Shown piece by piece: positions 53,367 to 64,000 of a stretch of DNA of 64,000 bases. Under the pieces are notes generated by a model. It saw nothing but the letters and a program-made list of their open reading frames with translations, was not told the DNA's origin and ran no database searches. How positions within the stretch are numbered: position 1 is the stretch's first letter; every line of letters begins with the position of its first letter. The DNA lies in IMG/VR virus record IMGVR_UViG_3300028678_000003, one strand, 5' to 3'. Origin of the DNA: an uncultured virus (IMG/VR IMGVR_UViG_3300028678_000003) (taxonomy: Duplodnaviria > Heunggongvirae > Uroviricota > Caudoviricetes). The position numbers and the translations under genes are program-made.

Positions 53367-56174
53367 TTAAAATTGCTTACCATCGTTAGGTTCGCCTTGG
53401 GATTGCGCTCTTAGAGCGGTTATAATATACATCTTCCCGTCAGATTCATTCTTTTCAACTTTTATATTATTAACCCTGAAAAGTGTATCTATGGATATGT
53501 CAAAGTTAGAATCCCAAAGCTTTTGATTATACATAATGTAAAACGTATGTTCATACCCGCGTGACTTACTCATAGAGCGGGTGAACGTAACATTTTTCAT
53601 ATGCGTCGGAAGTATGCTTTTAATCTTGTTCTTGATCTTTTCAAACTCTTCATAACTCAAAGTATTGAAGTCTGCATTCCGGAGAGCGTTAACCGCTTTA
53701 ACAAAGCCAGTGGCATTAAATGTATTGCTTTTCATTATCGTTTTAATATGTTTTTAATAAATTTGGCTAACTTGCTAGCTGGGTAGTTTAGTAGATACAA
53801 TCCCAACATTGAGCCGAACAATATAAAGCCGTATAATAATACGGTCAAAGTTTCTTTTTTCATGCTTTATAATGTATTTTGTAAGTTCCATAATCTTTGG
53901 TGACCAATAGACCGTATGTTTCTTCAGGAGTCCAAAAGTAAGCGGCGGTGGGAGTTACGTTAGACATTATCCAACCAGATCCCTTGTACTCGCTGTTTAG
54001 AGATGCATTTCTCTTTTCCATACGATAAAAATTACTAATTCTGAACTCTTTCAAAATAGCAAATGCGACTCCTATTTCTTCTTCTTTGATTTGCGCAAAA
54101 ACAGATTCAAAATCTGACTTGAACTCTTTATATTCAAAGCGGCTGGTTTGCGGTTCGTTATTCGTGTTTCTTCTTTTTATCCCAATGTCAACTTTTTGGA
54201 ATTGTTGATTTTGGGTAGTTCCTAAAATAGTATATCCCATTTCATTGCAAATAGTTCTGACTCCTTCCGCTTGTTTGTCTAATCCTATTACATCTACCGA
54301 AATAAAACACCAAACGTATTTGGCTAAAAATTCTTCTTTTGTCATTTGTATAAGTCTATTACCATTGTTCTATGGTCGTTAATACCTTTGTTATCTGTGT
54401 TAGGGTGGTACGTTGGGTCTATTGATACTACTACAACCCTCTTGCATTTATACGGAAGTTTGATTTGCTTCCAATTCCCATTCAAAACATAATTAATATG
54501 TAAATCAAACACCTCGTGTTTGACAAGTTTGCCGCTGTGATAAACATATTCATTTTCACCTCGGCTGTGAAGCGGAACGACTATTCTTTTTACACGCTCA
54601 ACTGAAAGTGAAAGATTCACTTCAAACTCCAATCCTGCAAATCTAATTGTTTTCATTATTTCTTGTAGTGAATTGATTCAATAAAAAATATGTCTAAATC
54701 TTCCACCTTATAAAGCGGATGTCCTTCTATCCAAATTTTCTTTACTTCATCGTGCAACAACGTTGGTGTTGATAATTTATCAATGTCCCTTGGCAGCTCT
54801 ATTTCAATTTGTACGTTACCTTGAAAGAATATTTTTTGTTGCACTCTGAAATTCATTAATACTTTCTCCATTACCGTTTCTTTTTACGCTCTTGTTTACG
54901 GCGATCTCGCCTTGATTCTTTACCACTTTTATAATTCAGACAATTAAAATTGCTTATAACCAATGATTCTCTTTCGATTAATCTTTCACATTTTTCTCGT
55001 ATAGTTGCTTCCTCACGCGGTAACAATATTTGTTCTCCTTCGACAATGATTACATGATGAGTCTCATGAACTCTAGCTAACAACTCGGCTCTTGCCATTA
55101 AATCGGCGGAGCGACATCCAATAAGAACAATTCGTTTGCCATCAGTTATTTTCATCGTTTTTGTTTTTGCTGTACTTAATGTTATGAATTGCTGCAAACG
55201 ATAATAGAGCTACGTAAAACAATACCGCCACTGTAATAGGTATGTAATTTTCTTCCATGATTAATTTTGACAAACGTAAAAAGCCATGTACTTGTACACC
55301 CATTGTTCAGGACAATTATTTACCGCTAATGCGTAATAATAAAATGGAGCGTGTGGGTTGAATCCTTTCACCATGATTACTCCATTGAAGAGGTTAATGA
55401 CTCTTCAACTTCCTCCAAAGAGGACTCAACTGACTCAATAGCTTGAAATGCCACATCGAGATTTTCAACGGCTTGTTCTGAAGTTGAATAACGCTCCGAG
55501 CCTTGTAGGTTTTCCGGCACATTATCATAGTACTCTTGTTCTTCGTCTTTGATTCCTTCAACCATAGACTTAAACTCTTCAATTCTTTCCTTAATTCCAG
55601 TCAGCTCCTCAAGAGCTTTTTCGATTTGTTTTCTGCGAGTTTTATTCATGACTTTGTTATTTAATTGATTCTTGTAAAATTGCTATTGTATCTTCTATTT
55701 TGTGAACGGCAGAATAAAGTTTTTGGTTTACCGCTTTTTGCGCCATCGTAACTTCGTTATGTTTGTTACCGTTCAATGCTATCTTTACTTTTGTATCAAC
55801 CTTTTCAACCGCCATAATGCGGTATATTATTATAGATGAATCTGACAACCTCTTAATTTCAGCTTCTATTGCCTTCTTGCTTCTTTCTAACATATAATTT
55901 TGTATTTCCCGTATAACTTATCTTCCAAAATTTCTTGGCTTTCTTTGTTAAGTGACGGAATTGTAGTTACTCCATTATTAATAACTTTGGAGAAACAATA
56001 ACAATGCGCTGATACAATTTTGTACACCGTATGCAGCATAGAGCCGTCCTCTTGCTTTATAACGCGCAACCCGCAAACCTCGAAGTTTCCCATCTTTAAA
56101 TGGCCACCGCTGGCAGTGTCTGTTAGTGTCAGCGGCTTGTTTAAACGGAGTAACCCGTATGTTGGTTTATTCAC
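53367..56174 (-). other. Array of small co-oriented hypothetical genes
   Basis: ORFs 53367-53735, 53860-54345, 54342-54656, 54656-54871, 54871-55197, 55377-55649, 55657-55893 and 55887-56174, many abutting. Confidence 0.6.
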
Positions 56175-56440
56175 CTTATTTGGTCTTGATTAATTATTAA
56201 TACGTTACCGACGATTATGTCGGCGAGTCCAGCCTTTTGAGCTATCATAGTCGCTTCTACGTTTTCGTCCAACCAGTTTACCTTACCTTCCTCGTTTAAC
56301 ACCATAATCTTTTGCTCCGGCAGGTAAACCACTTCTATGTAACCTTCAACGAATTTCTGAAGTTCTTCCAATGTGAAGTAACTTACATTTTGTGGTTCAA
56401 CTTCGACGGAAGTACCGTCTACTCGTATATGCCTTGCCAT
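56171..56440 (-). CDS. DUF3846-like protein
   Basis: LEELQKFVEGYIE...NEEGK...N..AT...IVGNV motif. Confidence 0.75.
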   Translation of the reverse strand: MARHIRVDGTSVEVEPQNVSYFTLEELQKFVEGYIEVVYLPEQKIMVLNEEGKVNWLDENVEATMIAQKAGLADIIVGNVLIINQDQIR

Positions 56441-56441
56441 A

Positions 56442-56675
56442 TTACTTGTAGATTTTATTGTGTTGGTCTTGATAATACTGACATTCCAATTTGTCTTTGG
56501 TCAAATTAACAGCGAAAGGAGCGGAGTAGTTTGAACTGGCCAATACAAGATAGCGCATACCGTCTACGGTTACAACCTTTCCTTCAACCGATTGTATGTA
56601 ATTGTAGGACTTCCCCTCTTTGGGAGTGAACGCCGTTATCGCTAACAACGCAACAAAGATAATTATCTTTTTCAT
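56442..56675 (-). CDS. Small secreted or membrane hypothetical protein
   Basis: Signal-peptide-like N-terminus. Confidence 0.5.
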   Translation of the reverse strand: MKKIIIFVALLAITAFTPKEGKSYNYIQSVEGKVVTVDGMRYLVLASSNYSAPFAVNLTKDKLECQYYQDQHNKIYK

Positions 56676-57943
56676 TATTTCTTGAATTTAATAACGCCGC
56701 GTAACAAACACTCAACTAACTGTTCAGCGGTTTCGAACAATTGCGTGTTCCTGATATTCTTTTCAATTTGCCCGCCGCCTTTATTTATATGGTGCCAATA
56801 CTCAATATGATCTTCGTCGTCTTCTTCTTTGTAAACCCCGCTTATTTCCACTTCTTGGATAGACCGTAATTGGGGGTTCAGCCAAAAGCACCTTTGGTCA
56901 ATATCAAAGTGAGTCCGGCGGGTAACTTTTGGAGCGATTTCGGCTTTTAGTTTCTGTGGCCTGTTCATCTCTTTGGCCACTTCAGACACAACGGCTTTGT
57001 CTTTTACAAATTTCTTTGGTTCTTCTTGTTGCCCGTATAAAGGCAAAACTTTAACCTTATTGTACTTTTCAGATATGAGACTTTTGAAAACAATTGCTTC
57101 TTGGGCCAATGTATCATAATCTGGAATAACATCCCCTGACGCACGATAACGAAGACCGCTTTTGTTCCCCTCGGTCATGAAAAGTTTATTGGTCTTCAAT
57201 ACCTGATTTATGGGAGCGCCCCAATTATGGTCTAACCCGCATTTGATATACATTGGAGTGATAGGGTGATCCTTTACATCAATCCAACGATTATTACTTA
57301 ATTCAAAAATCATGGCGAAGAACTTCTTCAAGCTTTCAGTTTTGTCAATTTTAGTTCCCATGTCAATTGTTGTTATTTGGTTATTGTTTGATTTGTTGTT
57401 ATTAATAACTTTGGGGCAATTAGTTTTGGGTTTCTTTACAAACTCTTTTATTTTCCCCAAACCGTTTATTTGGTCAATCAATATTTGGCGCGCTAAGAAT
57501 ATACGGCTTTTTATGGTTCCAATTGGCAGTTCTAGTTGCTCGGCAATCTCTTCGTATTTGAAGCCTGATACTGACATATCGAATGGGATACGCAACGTTT
57601 CTCTTAACCCGTCTACGAACTTCCGTATATCTTTGTATTTTAGCTCTTCGTCCGCGTTATCGGTGTTGCTTACTACAGTATTTGTCGCAGTTTCGTAATC
57701 GCCTTCTTTTATTACCAACTTCTTTCGGTACTCGTTGACAAAGGTATTCTTCAAAATTATATGACCCCAAGCGTTCATATTTGTCCCAGCTTCAAATTTA
57801 TCCCTATTGCGTAACATAAGCAATATCGTATTGCTTACCAAATCTTCAGCGGCGAATATATCTCCAAAATAATATATCTTTGCTTTTGCTAAAAGCTTTA
57901 CGCGTAAATCAACAACACCTTGCTCAAACTCGTCTACTGGCAT
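56675..57943 (-). CDS. ECF-like RNA polymerase sigma factor with long C-terminal extension
   Basis: Region 2 AEDLV...F..GTNMNAW...ILKNTFVNEYRK. Region 4 GFKYEEIAEQLELPIGTIKSRIFLAR. Confidence 0.85.
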   Translation of the reverse strand: MPVDEFEQGVVDLRVKLLAKAKIYYFGDIFAAEDLVSNTILLMLRNRDKFEAGTNMNAWGHIILKNTFVNEYRKKLVIKEGDYETATNTVVSNTDNADEELKYKDIRKFVDGLRETLRIPFDMSVSGFKYEEIAEQLELPIGTIKSRIFLARQILIDQINGLGKIKEFVKKPKTNCPKVINNNKSNNNQITTIDMGTKIDKTESLKKFFAMIFELSNNRWIDVKDHPITPMYIKCGLDHNWGAPINQVLKTNKLFMTEGNKSGLRYRASGDVIPDYDTLAQEAIVFKSLISEKYNKVKVLPLYGQQEEPKKFVKDKAVVSEVAKEMNRPQKLKAEIAPKVTRRTHFDIDQRCFWLNPQLRSIQEVEISGVYKEEDDEDHIEYWHHINKGGGQIEKNIRNTQLFETAEQLVECLLRGVIKFKK

Positions 57944-57944
57944 T

Positions 57945-58808
57945 TTAAATCTCTCCTAATTTGAACCCTTCTGGGAATAACAATACATCGCCAAACACTT
58001 CGACTCCCCAAATATGGTTTTCTTCGAGTATTGTCTTAGCTACTTGATTATCATCAAACCCGTTGTCTTCGTTATTTATTACCATAACTCGGTCGTCTTG
58101 TAATCTAAGCAACTTGAAAGGTGCCCCGACGTACTCGTTTAATGATTGGTCAACATTATCGGGATGTACTTCTACTTTTGATATTGCTCCTTTAATGTCT
58201 GTCGCCTTAATCAAAAGCACAGCCGTTTCAATTTGTTTAGGTTTTGGATTTAAATACTTAACGTATTCCTCCAATGTCCTAACTTTTGAGCTTTGTTGGC
58301 TTTCAACCATAAACTTCCAACCTTCACCGCTGAAACGTAACCGCGCTATTTCGGCAAATAATTCAATAAGTTCTTGTTGTGACTCAAACCCGTTTACGTC
58401 AGCTCCCGCGTCATAATAATCCCAACGTTGGGGATCTGAATCGATCTCTTCTTGGGTAAGGATATGCAATAGCTCAAAACGGTATGAGCTTTGGCACAAC
58501 GGGTATTCTTTTTCGCTACAACTGGAACAAACGTCTTTTTCATCGTCAACAACACATTCAACTCCGTCCACTTCAACTTTACCGTACCAATGCATTGCGT
58601 TCATGCTTGTGCCTCTCCAAGTTGTTATTTTCAGCAAGACTTCGCGTTCAATGCCTTCAGCTTTACGTTTGTGAAGTCTAGTTGTGTGCATTTTACACCC
58701 TCGGTCTTCTACGTGCAATCCTATTCCGGAAGTAATGTCAAATACAGCGGGATATACGGCGCGGTCTCTACAATGCTTTAAAGCATCTTCTAATGTAAGT
58801 GGTTCCAT
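57945..58808 (-). CDS. Hypothetical protein with C-terminal DUF3846-like domain
   Basis: C-terminal LNEYVG...VMVINNE...N.VA...VFGDVLL. Confidence 0.55.
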   Translation of the reverse strand: MEPLTLEDALKHCRDRAVYPAVFDITSGIGLHVEDRGCKMHTTRLHKRKAEGIEREVLLKITTWRGTSMNAMHWYGKVEVDGVECVVDDEKDVCSSCSEKEYPLCQSSYRFELLHILTQEEIDSDPQRWDYYDAGADVNGFESQQELIELFAEIARLRFSGEGWKFMVESQQSSKVRTLEEYVKYLNPKPKQIETAVLLIKATDIKGAISKVEVHPDNVDQSLNEYVGAPFKLLRLQDDRVMVINNEDNGFDDNQVAKTILEENHIWGVEVFGDVLLFPEGFKLGEI

Positions 58809-58809
58809 A

Positions 58810-59166
58810 TTAGTATTTTGGTATTTTAAAGAATTGACTTATTTGAGGAGCGCAATCTACTTTGCTCCTGTCGAAATTATTCAAGAACCTTTGAATTTCA
58901 CGTATGTCTCTTTCGCCAAGGTCAACGAACTTTATGTAATCGGCTTTTTGACCTTGTATTGATATTACCGCCCAACTCGGTGAGTACTGATGAACATCTA
59001 CACTGACATCAATATTGCCTAATAAGTTCTTGATACGCTTTTCTTGACTTTCTTAGTTTTCCCTTTGGTCTTTAAAATCGCGGGTCTGTTTTGATAGCGC
59101 GGATATTTCTTCGCTGAATATCCAAGAAAACAATTTCTTTAGTAATTTTCTAATGAGCTTTTTCAT
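58810..59166 (-). pseudogene. 118-codon gene interrupted by one in-frame TAA
   Basis: ATG at 59166, TAA at codon 38 (59055-59053). The frame stays open to TAA 58812-58810, just before the next ATG. Confidence 0.6.
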
Positions 59167-59666
59167 TTTACATTGTTTTTATCAAATGTTAATCTCCCCG
59201 CGTAATTCGCTTGCAAGTATTTGAACATATTTTGGAAGTTTTCTTCGTAATGCCCCAAATAATAAGTTTCCTTTATATCGGCGAGCTTATCTCTTTCCAT
59301 CACTCGAGCACGCGCCGTTTCAACGTCAACCTCAAATATGCGAAAAGTGTAATGGAATTTACCTTCTACCAAAGACAACATATATTCCAAATCTTTTACT
59401 TTGATGTTTGTACTGTCTATAACTATGCTCTTCCCCTTTAGCCAACAACTTATCACCAAACTCGCTATCGTTTCAGATACCATGTGTTCCAAATCATCAA
59501 TATCTTCGCGGTCCCAGTACCCCGAAGCTGAATTAGTGCACACCAAACATTTACGTATTGAATCCTTATTTATACGAACAAAGTTTTTGTGCGCCACAAC
59601 AAATTTTTCAGCGAAGGTAGATTTACCCGACCCGCTATTGCCTACGAGAATGATTGCTTCTTGCAT
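59163..59666 (-). CDS. Polynucleotide kinase-like P-loop protein (AAA_33-like)
   Basis: GNSGSGKST, INKDSIR, IVIDSTN and R...R motifs. Confidence 0.8.
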   Translation of the reverse strand: MQEAIILVGNSGSGKSTFAEKFVVAHKNFVRINKDSIRKCLVCTNSASGYWDREDIDDLEHMVSETIASLVISCWLKGKSIVIDSTNIKVKDLEYMLSLVEGKFHYTFRIFEVDVETARARVMERDKLADIKETYYLGHYEENFQNMFKYLQANYAGRLTFDKNNVK

Positions 59667-61592
59667 AGCTATTGCTTTTTGTTATTTGGCGAAGTATTGT
59701 TGAGTTGTTTGATTATTTCTTCAGAAACTTCATCTGAAACTGTCAACCATTCATTAGGCACGTTAACCTCAGACCAATGCGATATTTCAACGTTGCCTGT
59801 TATGCCTTGAATATTTACAATGTCATTCAACCGATTACGCCTACTTATAGAAGCAAAGCGAGGTTCAAATTTTTTGTCGCCTGTAAACTTAAACATGACC
59901 AATATGTCGTTAGACTCACGATCATTCTTCATACCTACCAAATCAACTATCTTTGAGAGGTCTGTGTCTTTATCAAATTTCTTCCAAATTATCATATTAA
60001 CAAATTATTTCAAACATTAAATGAAGGACGTGACTTTCAACATATACTGTATTACCATCGCCCCATAAGGTAATACCCGATTCGTTTGACACCGCATGAC
60101 AAGTCAGGTTTGCTTTATTAACGTTGACTCCTTTTAGAGCCTTTATTTTTGGTTCGCTTCTTTCATTCAATTTAGCAATAATGCCGTTTATAATCTCTTC
60201 CATAATGTATTTCTCTTGGTCTGTTAATATTGGTTTGTCAATCTCATTTAATAGTTCTGGGTGCTCTCTGAAGAACTTCACTACTGCGCTCCATTCCTTT
60301 TTGTCAATTACAACATAAGTATCAGGAACCCCCAACCTGCCTTGTATTGACAAGCGGGGATTTAGAAAGTTTATGCCTATTATCTTTTTCATGATGTAGA
60401 TTGTTATTCAGCATCAACGTACTCCAACATTATTTGAAGAGCTTCATCGTACGACCCCGCGTTTAATACCCGTTGTTTGAACTCGTGAACTTTATCACCT
60501 TGTCCAACTCCTTTGAGCCCTTGTATGCAAATAGCCATTAGGTTGTAAACATTGCTGTCTGCCCCAACTAATTTAACGTTGGGTTTGGTTATGGTCGGTT
60601 CAGGTGTTATGGTTTTGTTTTTCAAAGCCCGTATTAATGTTGACAGCCCGTCCAAATGCATTGCCTTCATTTTCTTCCAATCTAATGTGAGTCCCATAGA
60701 TTCCTCTATTCCTTTCAGTTCGTCATACGCTTTTGCGTAATCTTGTTTCGTTGCGTAAATTGAATACTTTCCCATGGTTACAAGTTTTTTAAATCGTTGT
60801 TAAGTTTATTCTTCAATTCAGTTCTGGTGACTTTATTCATTGATGTCCGGAACCTGCGTTTTTGTTTTGTGCTACGCAAGCAACCGTGCTTTCCGCCTAC
60901 GTTGCTGGTCTTAGTTGCGTTCATGCAGTTTGCTACTACATCGCCTTCATCTCTGTCTCTCAATCTGCCATATGTTTTCATGGTTATAAGTTTTTATGTA
61001 AATTTCTTGTTGAAAATACGTTTTTCTTGGTCTTAACTGTTTTGACGAATTGTACTCCCGTATGTTCTGGGTGTGCAGCTTGCCACTTTTCAGCGGCTTC
61101 CGTCGCTTGTATCTTACTGCCCTCAAAATTGAGTGTGCGAGCCGAAGCCCCGCTGCCTATTATAAATTGATGCTTGCTCATGCCTTATGACATTTTTAAG
61201 AATCCTGATACACATATGATAACTAAAACAACTATCACGATGAAAATCGAGATACGGTATAAATCTGAACTGCTGAATATTACTTTCATGACTATTTGGT
61301 TTTGTTGTAAGTTTATGCTAATTCGTAACTATCACTGTAACGACGACATTCGTCGGCTGACATATTCAAAGCCTTTACCAAAGCAGCTCCTGTTTTAGGT
61401 TCGCGGGGAATTTTGTTATTCCAAGAATGTCCGCATTCCAAACTGTAGCCAAATATGCCATGTATCATTTCGTCCATAGTGCCTTCGAAAGTTGTATCGC
61501 GGCCATTGTGATGTTTGATGACTTTATAAGTCTTGGGAGTTTTTTGTATTGCCATAATGTTGTTTGATTTGTTGTTATTAAATAAGTATGGG

Positions 61593-61664
61593 TAAAACTA
61601 TATAAAAAAGAAATACCAACCTAATGTTTTCTTGATTATTTTTAGTTTTACCCAATTATTTAAC
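61593..61664 (-). promoter_or_regulatory. Conserved promoter element copy 3
   Basis: -7 TAGTTTTA, TTAG 20 nt upstream, an A-tract and GTTAAAT. Confidence 0.6.
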
Positions 61665-62821
61665 GTTTGCCCAATGTTTCGTTGGTCACCAAAAGCCTTT
61701 CGTGCTGATACTGTCGTTCCAAATGCGATAATATAGTTTACCGTCTATTTCAAATGTGCCCTTGTAAACTACCTTTAAATCACCGCTCATGATTCCAACA
61801 TATCCAGGACGGTCGTTTTCAAACCCGCTCTTCAATGTTTCCTTTTTGACGGTTTCCCACTTCATGGATTACGGTCAAGTCCTTTTTGTCTACACATTTT
61901 TGTTTGTAGTAATCCCATACTATCTGCCCGCTAACAGCTCCTGCTAGAGCAACCAGAACTACTCTACCGTGCATCTTTGGGTCAGCGCAGTCGGCTGCAG
62001 TACCGTCAGCCCAACCTTGTTCTTCTTCGCTGATAGGTAGTGGACGCCATTCTTTGCGTGCCCCTTTGCTGATGAGCTTGTTAAAATCTTGTTGGCTTTT
62101 GGTGTATTTCAAATCGCCGTAATATTTGAGCGTCGTGCCATTTATTTCGATGTAGTAAAAGTACTCGCTTTTAGCCGTATCAAAATCTCCAGCTTTATTG
62201 ATGCTTGTTGTGATTTCTGTGATAACCGTGTTATCTGTGTCATGCATTTGGAGTTTCATAATGTTGTATTTATTTGGGTTTATATTATTAAGCAGGAAAT
62301 TCGTCGTAAGTTTGTTGCCATAATTCAAGGTACAATTCGTCCAAATCATAATCTTCAGAACGGTCTTGGGCCAGTTCGTTCATGATATCAGCCACTTTAG
62401 CTTCGTCTGACAGAAAGTCGTTTACTTCATCTTCCTTCATGGGCTTGAATTTCAGCAGCCCGTTTAATGCTATTGTTGAAAGTTTGATTTTACACATGAT
62501 GGTAAATTTATGGGGTGATTAAATACAGTTAGTTAGTGTCAAAAATGAATGCATTTCAGCGTCGTCCGTATTTACATTATTAACGCCTATTACTCCGCTT
62601 TCTGCGAAAATTGTAGCCACTTTGGTGATGTGGGTATTTTTAAACTCGGTAGTACCCGCGCCCGCTTTCCAAACCTTTACTAAATTTTCCGCTTTTATTA
62701 CTGTTACGCTAGTTCCGTTTAATGTATATTTGCAAGAATATTTGTCTGCGTAAGTGACTTTTACTTCTAATTTAATTCTGATAGTTGCCATAATATTGAG
62801 GTGTTATTTATTAGTTATGGG

Positions 62822-62893
62822 TAAAACTACTAATAAAACAAACACGAACCTAATATTTCAGCATTTATTTTTGGGTTGAACCAAAGATTTAAC
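62822..62893 (-). promoter_or_regulatory. Conserved promoter element copy 4
   Basis: -7 TAGTTTTA, TTAG 20 nt upstream, an A-tract and GTTAAATCTTTGG. Confidence 0.6.
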
Positions 62894-62945
62894 GTTTGCC
62901 CAATGTTTTATTGGTCATTTTAATACTTTTTAAATCTCTGGGCAC

Positions 62946-62984
62946 AAAAAAAGAGGCAAACCGTTTCGCAACGCCCTACCTCTT
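62946..62984 (-). terminator. Rho-independent terminator
   Basis: Minus strand AAGAGG...CCTCTTTTTTT. Confidence 0.6.
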
Positions 62985-64000
62985 ATAAATTAATGCGAGC
63001 CGTAATTCACCAACCCGCTTTTAAAACCAAATGAAATTAAACAATAACATATAGAGTTTGCTCCCCATACGGGCATCGAACCCGCTCAATCCTTACATTG
63101 GACTGCCGATATGCTTTACACGAGATGCACCCCGCAGCTTGTTTATCTGGTCCCAGATTATGCACCCATACACCAATGGGGAGTTTCATTGACGGATAAT
63201 TTCGCTTTAATATACCGTCATCAAGCATTTCAAAAGCACATGTGTCAAATACCTAATACTTACACAAAGCATTATACTCACTAACAAAAACAAACCACCG
63301 TTCTCATTATGCCTTTGCAGTTATCCAATTTGCTCCACATGCGCTGATATCTTAAATTTCTTTGTTTGACAACATCTTGTTAAACTCAGCAGCTTGTTCT
63401 GTTATGGAGGCAAGCTCTTCCGGAGTAGTATCTTGAGCTTTGATAAGTTCGAACGTTACGTCGTTTAATACGCGGCTCGTACAAAATACTACGTTGTATT
63501 GCTTTTTTAATTCTTCTGTCACTCGACTGCTCGCCATAGAAGCACATTGCGCCATAGACATTGTATCTGGTGTGTAGACTACCAATATATCTTTTGGCTT
63601 AGCTTCCAACGCGTCTTGCAGTTCGTTTACGCGATTCACTAACTTATTTATTTTATTCTCCATCAGCAGAATCAAACGTTCGCCTGAAGCTACTTCTAAT
63701 TTTTCAATCTTGTCCATTTTAGCACTTTTTTAGATTTTTAGCTTCTTGATACGTGTGACTTTTTTGATATAAAGTCTCCAACTCAAATTTACCGAGTATG
63801 TTTCTTGAATCAATATTTATGACTTTGTACGGTTCGTCGCGATATCGAATCGGGTTGCCTAATAAGTCCCATTGACAAGCGATCAATGCTTCATCTCCGA
63901 CGGCTATGTCTTCTTTATCCATTGACAACTTCAAATAGTTTATCACCGCAACTATGTCATTAACCTTATGGACGATCTCATTAACTTTGCCCTGAATATC

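Larger units (their letters stand above)
59669..63946 (-). other. Array of small hypothetical early genes
   Basis: ORFs 59669-59995, 59997-60392, 60404-60775, 60778-60981, 60984-61181, 61313-61555, 61686-61865, 61819-62259, 62288-62497, 62519-62791, 63352-63717 and 63719-63946. Confidence 0.6.

Noticed and set aside
554..62385. Numerous plus-strand ORFs in the track
   Set aside because: Almost all lie antisense to longer, motif-bearing minus-strand genes and have S/F/L/I-rich shadow composition.
1..64000. Stop-codon reassignment
   Set aside because: Conserved genes are full length under code 11, and TAA, TAG and TGA all terminate genes at tight junctions.
1..64000. CRISPR array or diversity-generating retroelement
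   Set aside because: No regularly spaced repeats and no reverse transcriptase were seen. The repeat pair at 28851 and 38327 differs mostly at synonymous sites rather than at adenines specifically.

Overview
This window is a 64 kb segment of a large, AT-rich myovirus genome with essentially all genes on the minus strand. The host is probably Bacteroidota, inferred from TAnnTTTG-type -7 promoter boxes, A-rich translation starts and a tmRNA resume context of that phylum. Read in the direction of transcription (right to left), it opens with small early genes behind four identically spaced promoters, an ECF-like sigma factor fusion, HU and a DEDDh exonuclease. Next come the terminase, nucleotide and DNA-modification genes (dUTPase, DPPY methyltransferase, TAGT-like glycosyltransferase, 5-hmdU-DNA-kinase-like protein), a helicase, a 5'-3' exonuclease, the portal, a MuF-like head protein and lysis genes. 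It ends with an SPO1/Twort-like head, neck, sheath, tube, tape-measure and baseplate module. Three features stand out. (1) A circularly permuted two-piece tmRNA gene with a structured intervening segment and an atypical tag. (2) A family of putative head-packaged cargo proteins (kinase plus ART-like, P-loop ATPase, Zn-peptidase, unknowns) that share a leader peptide, repeated hydrophobic-x-K-[A/S/G] sites and a conserved HxVGD...YDWR module. (3) A radical SAM / PIG-L deacetylase / glycosyltransferase operon that suggests an amino-sugar modification pathway. All functional calls come from motif recognition by eye; no searches were run.
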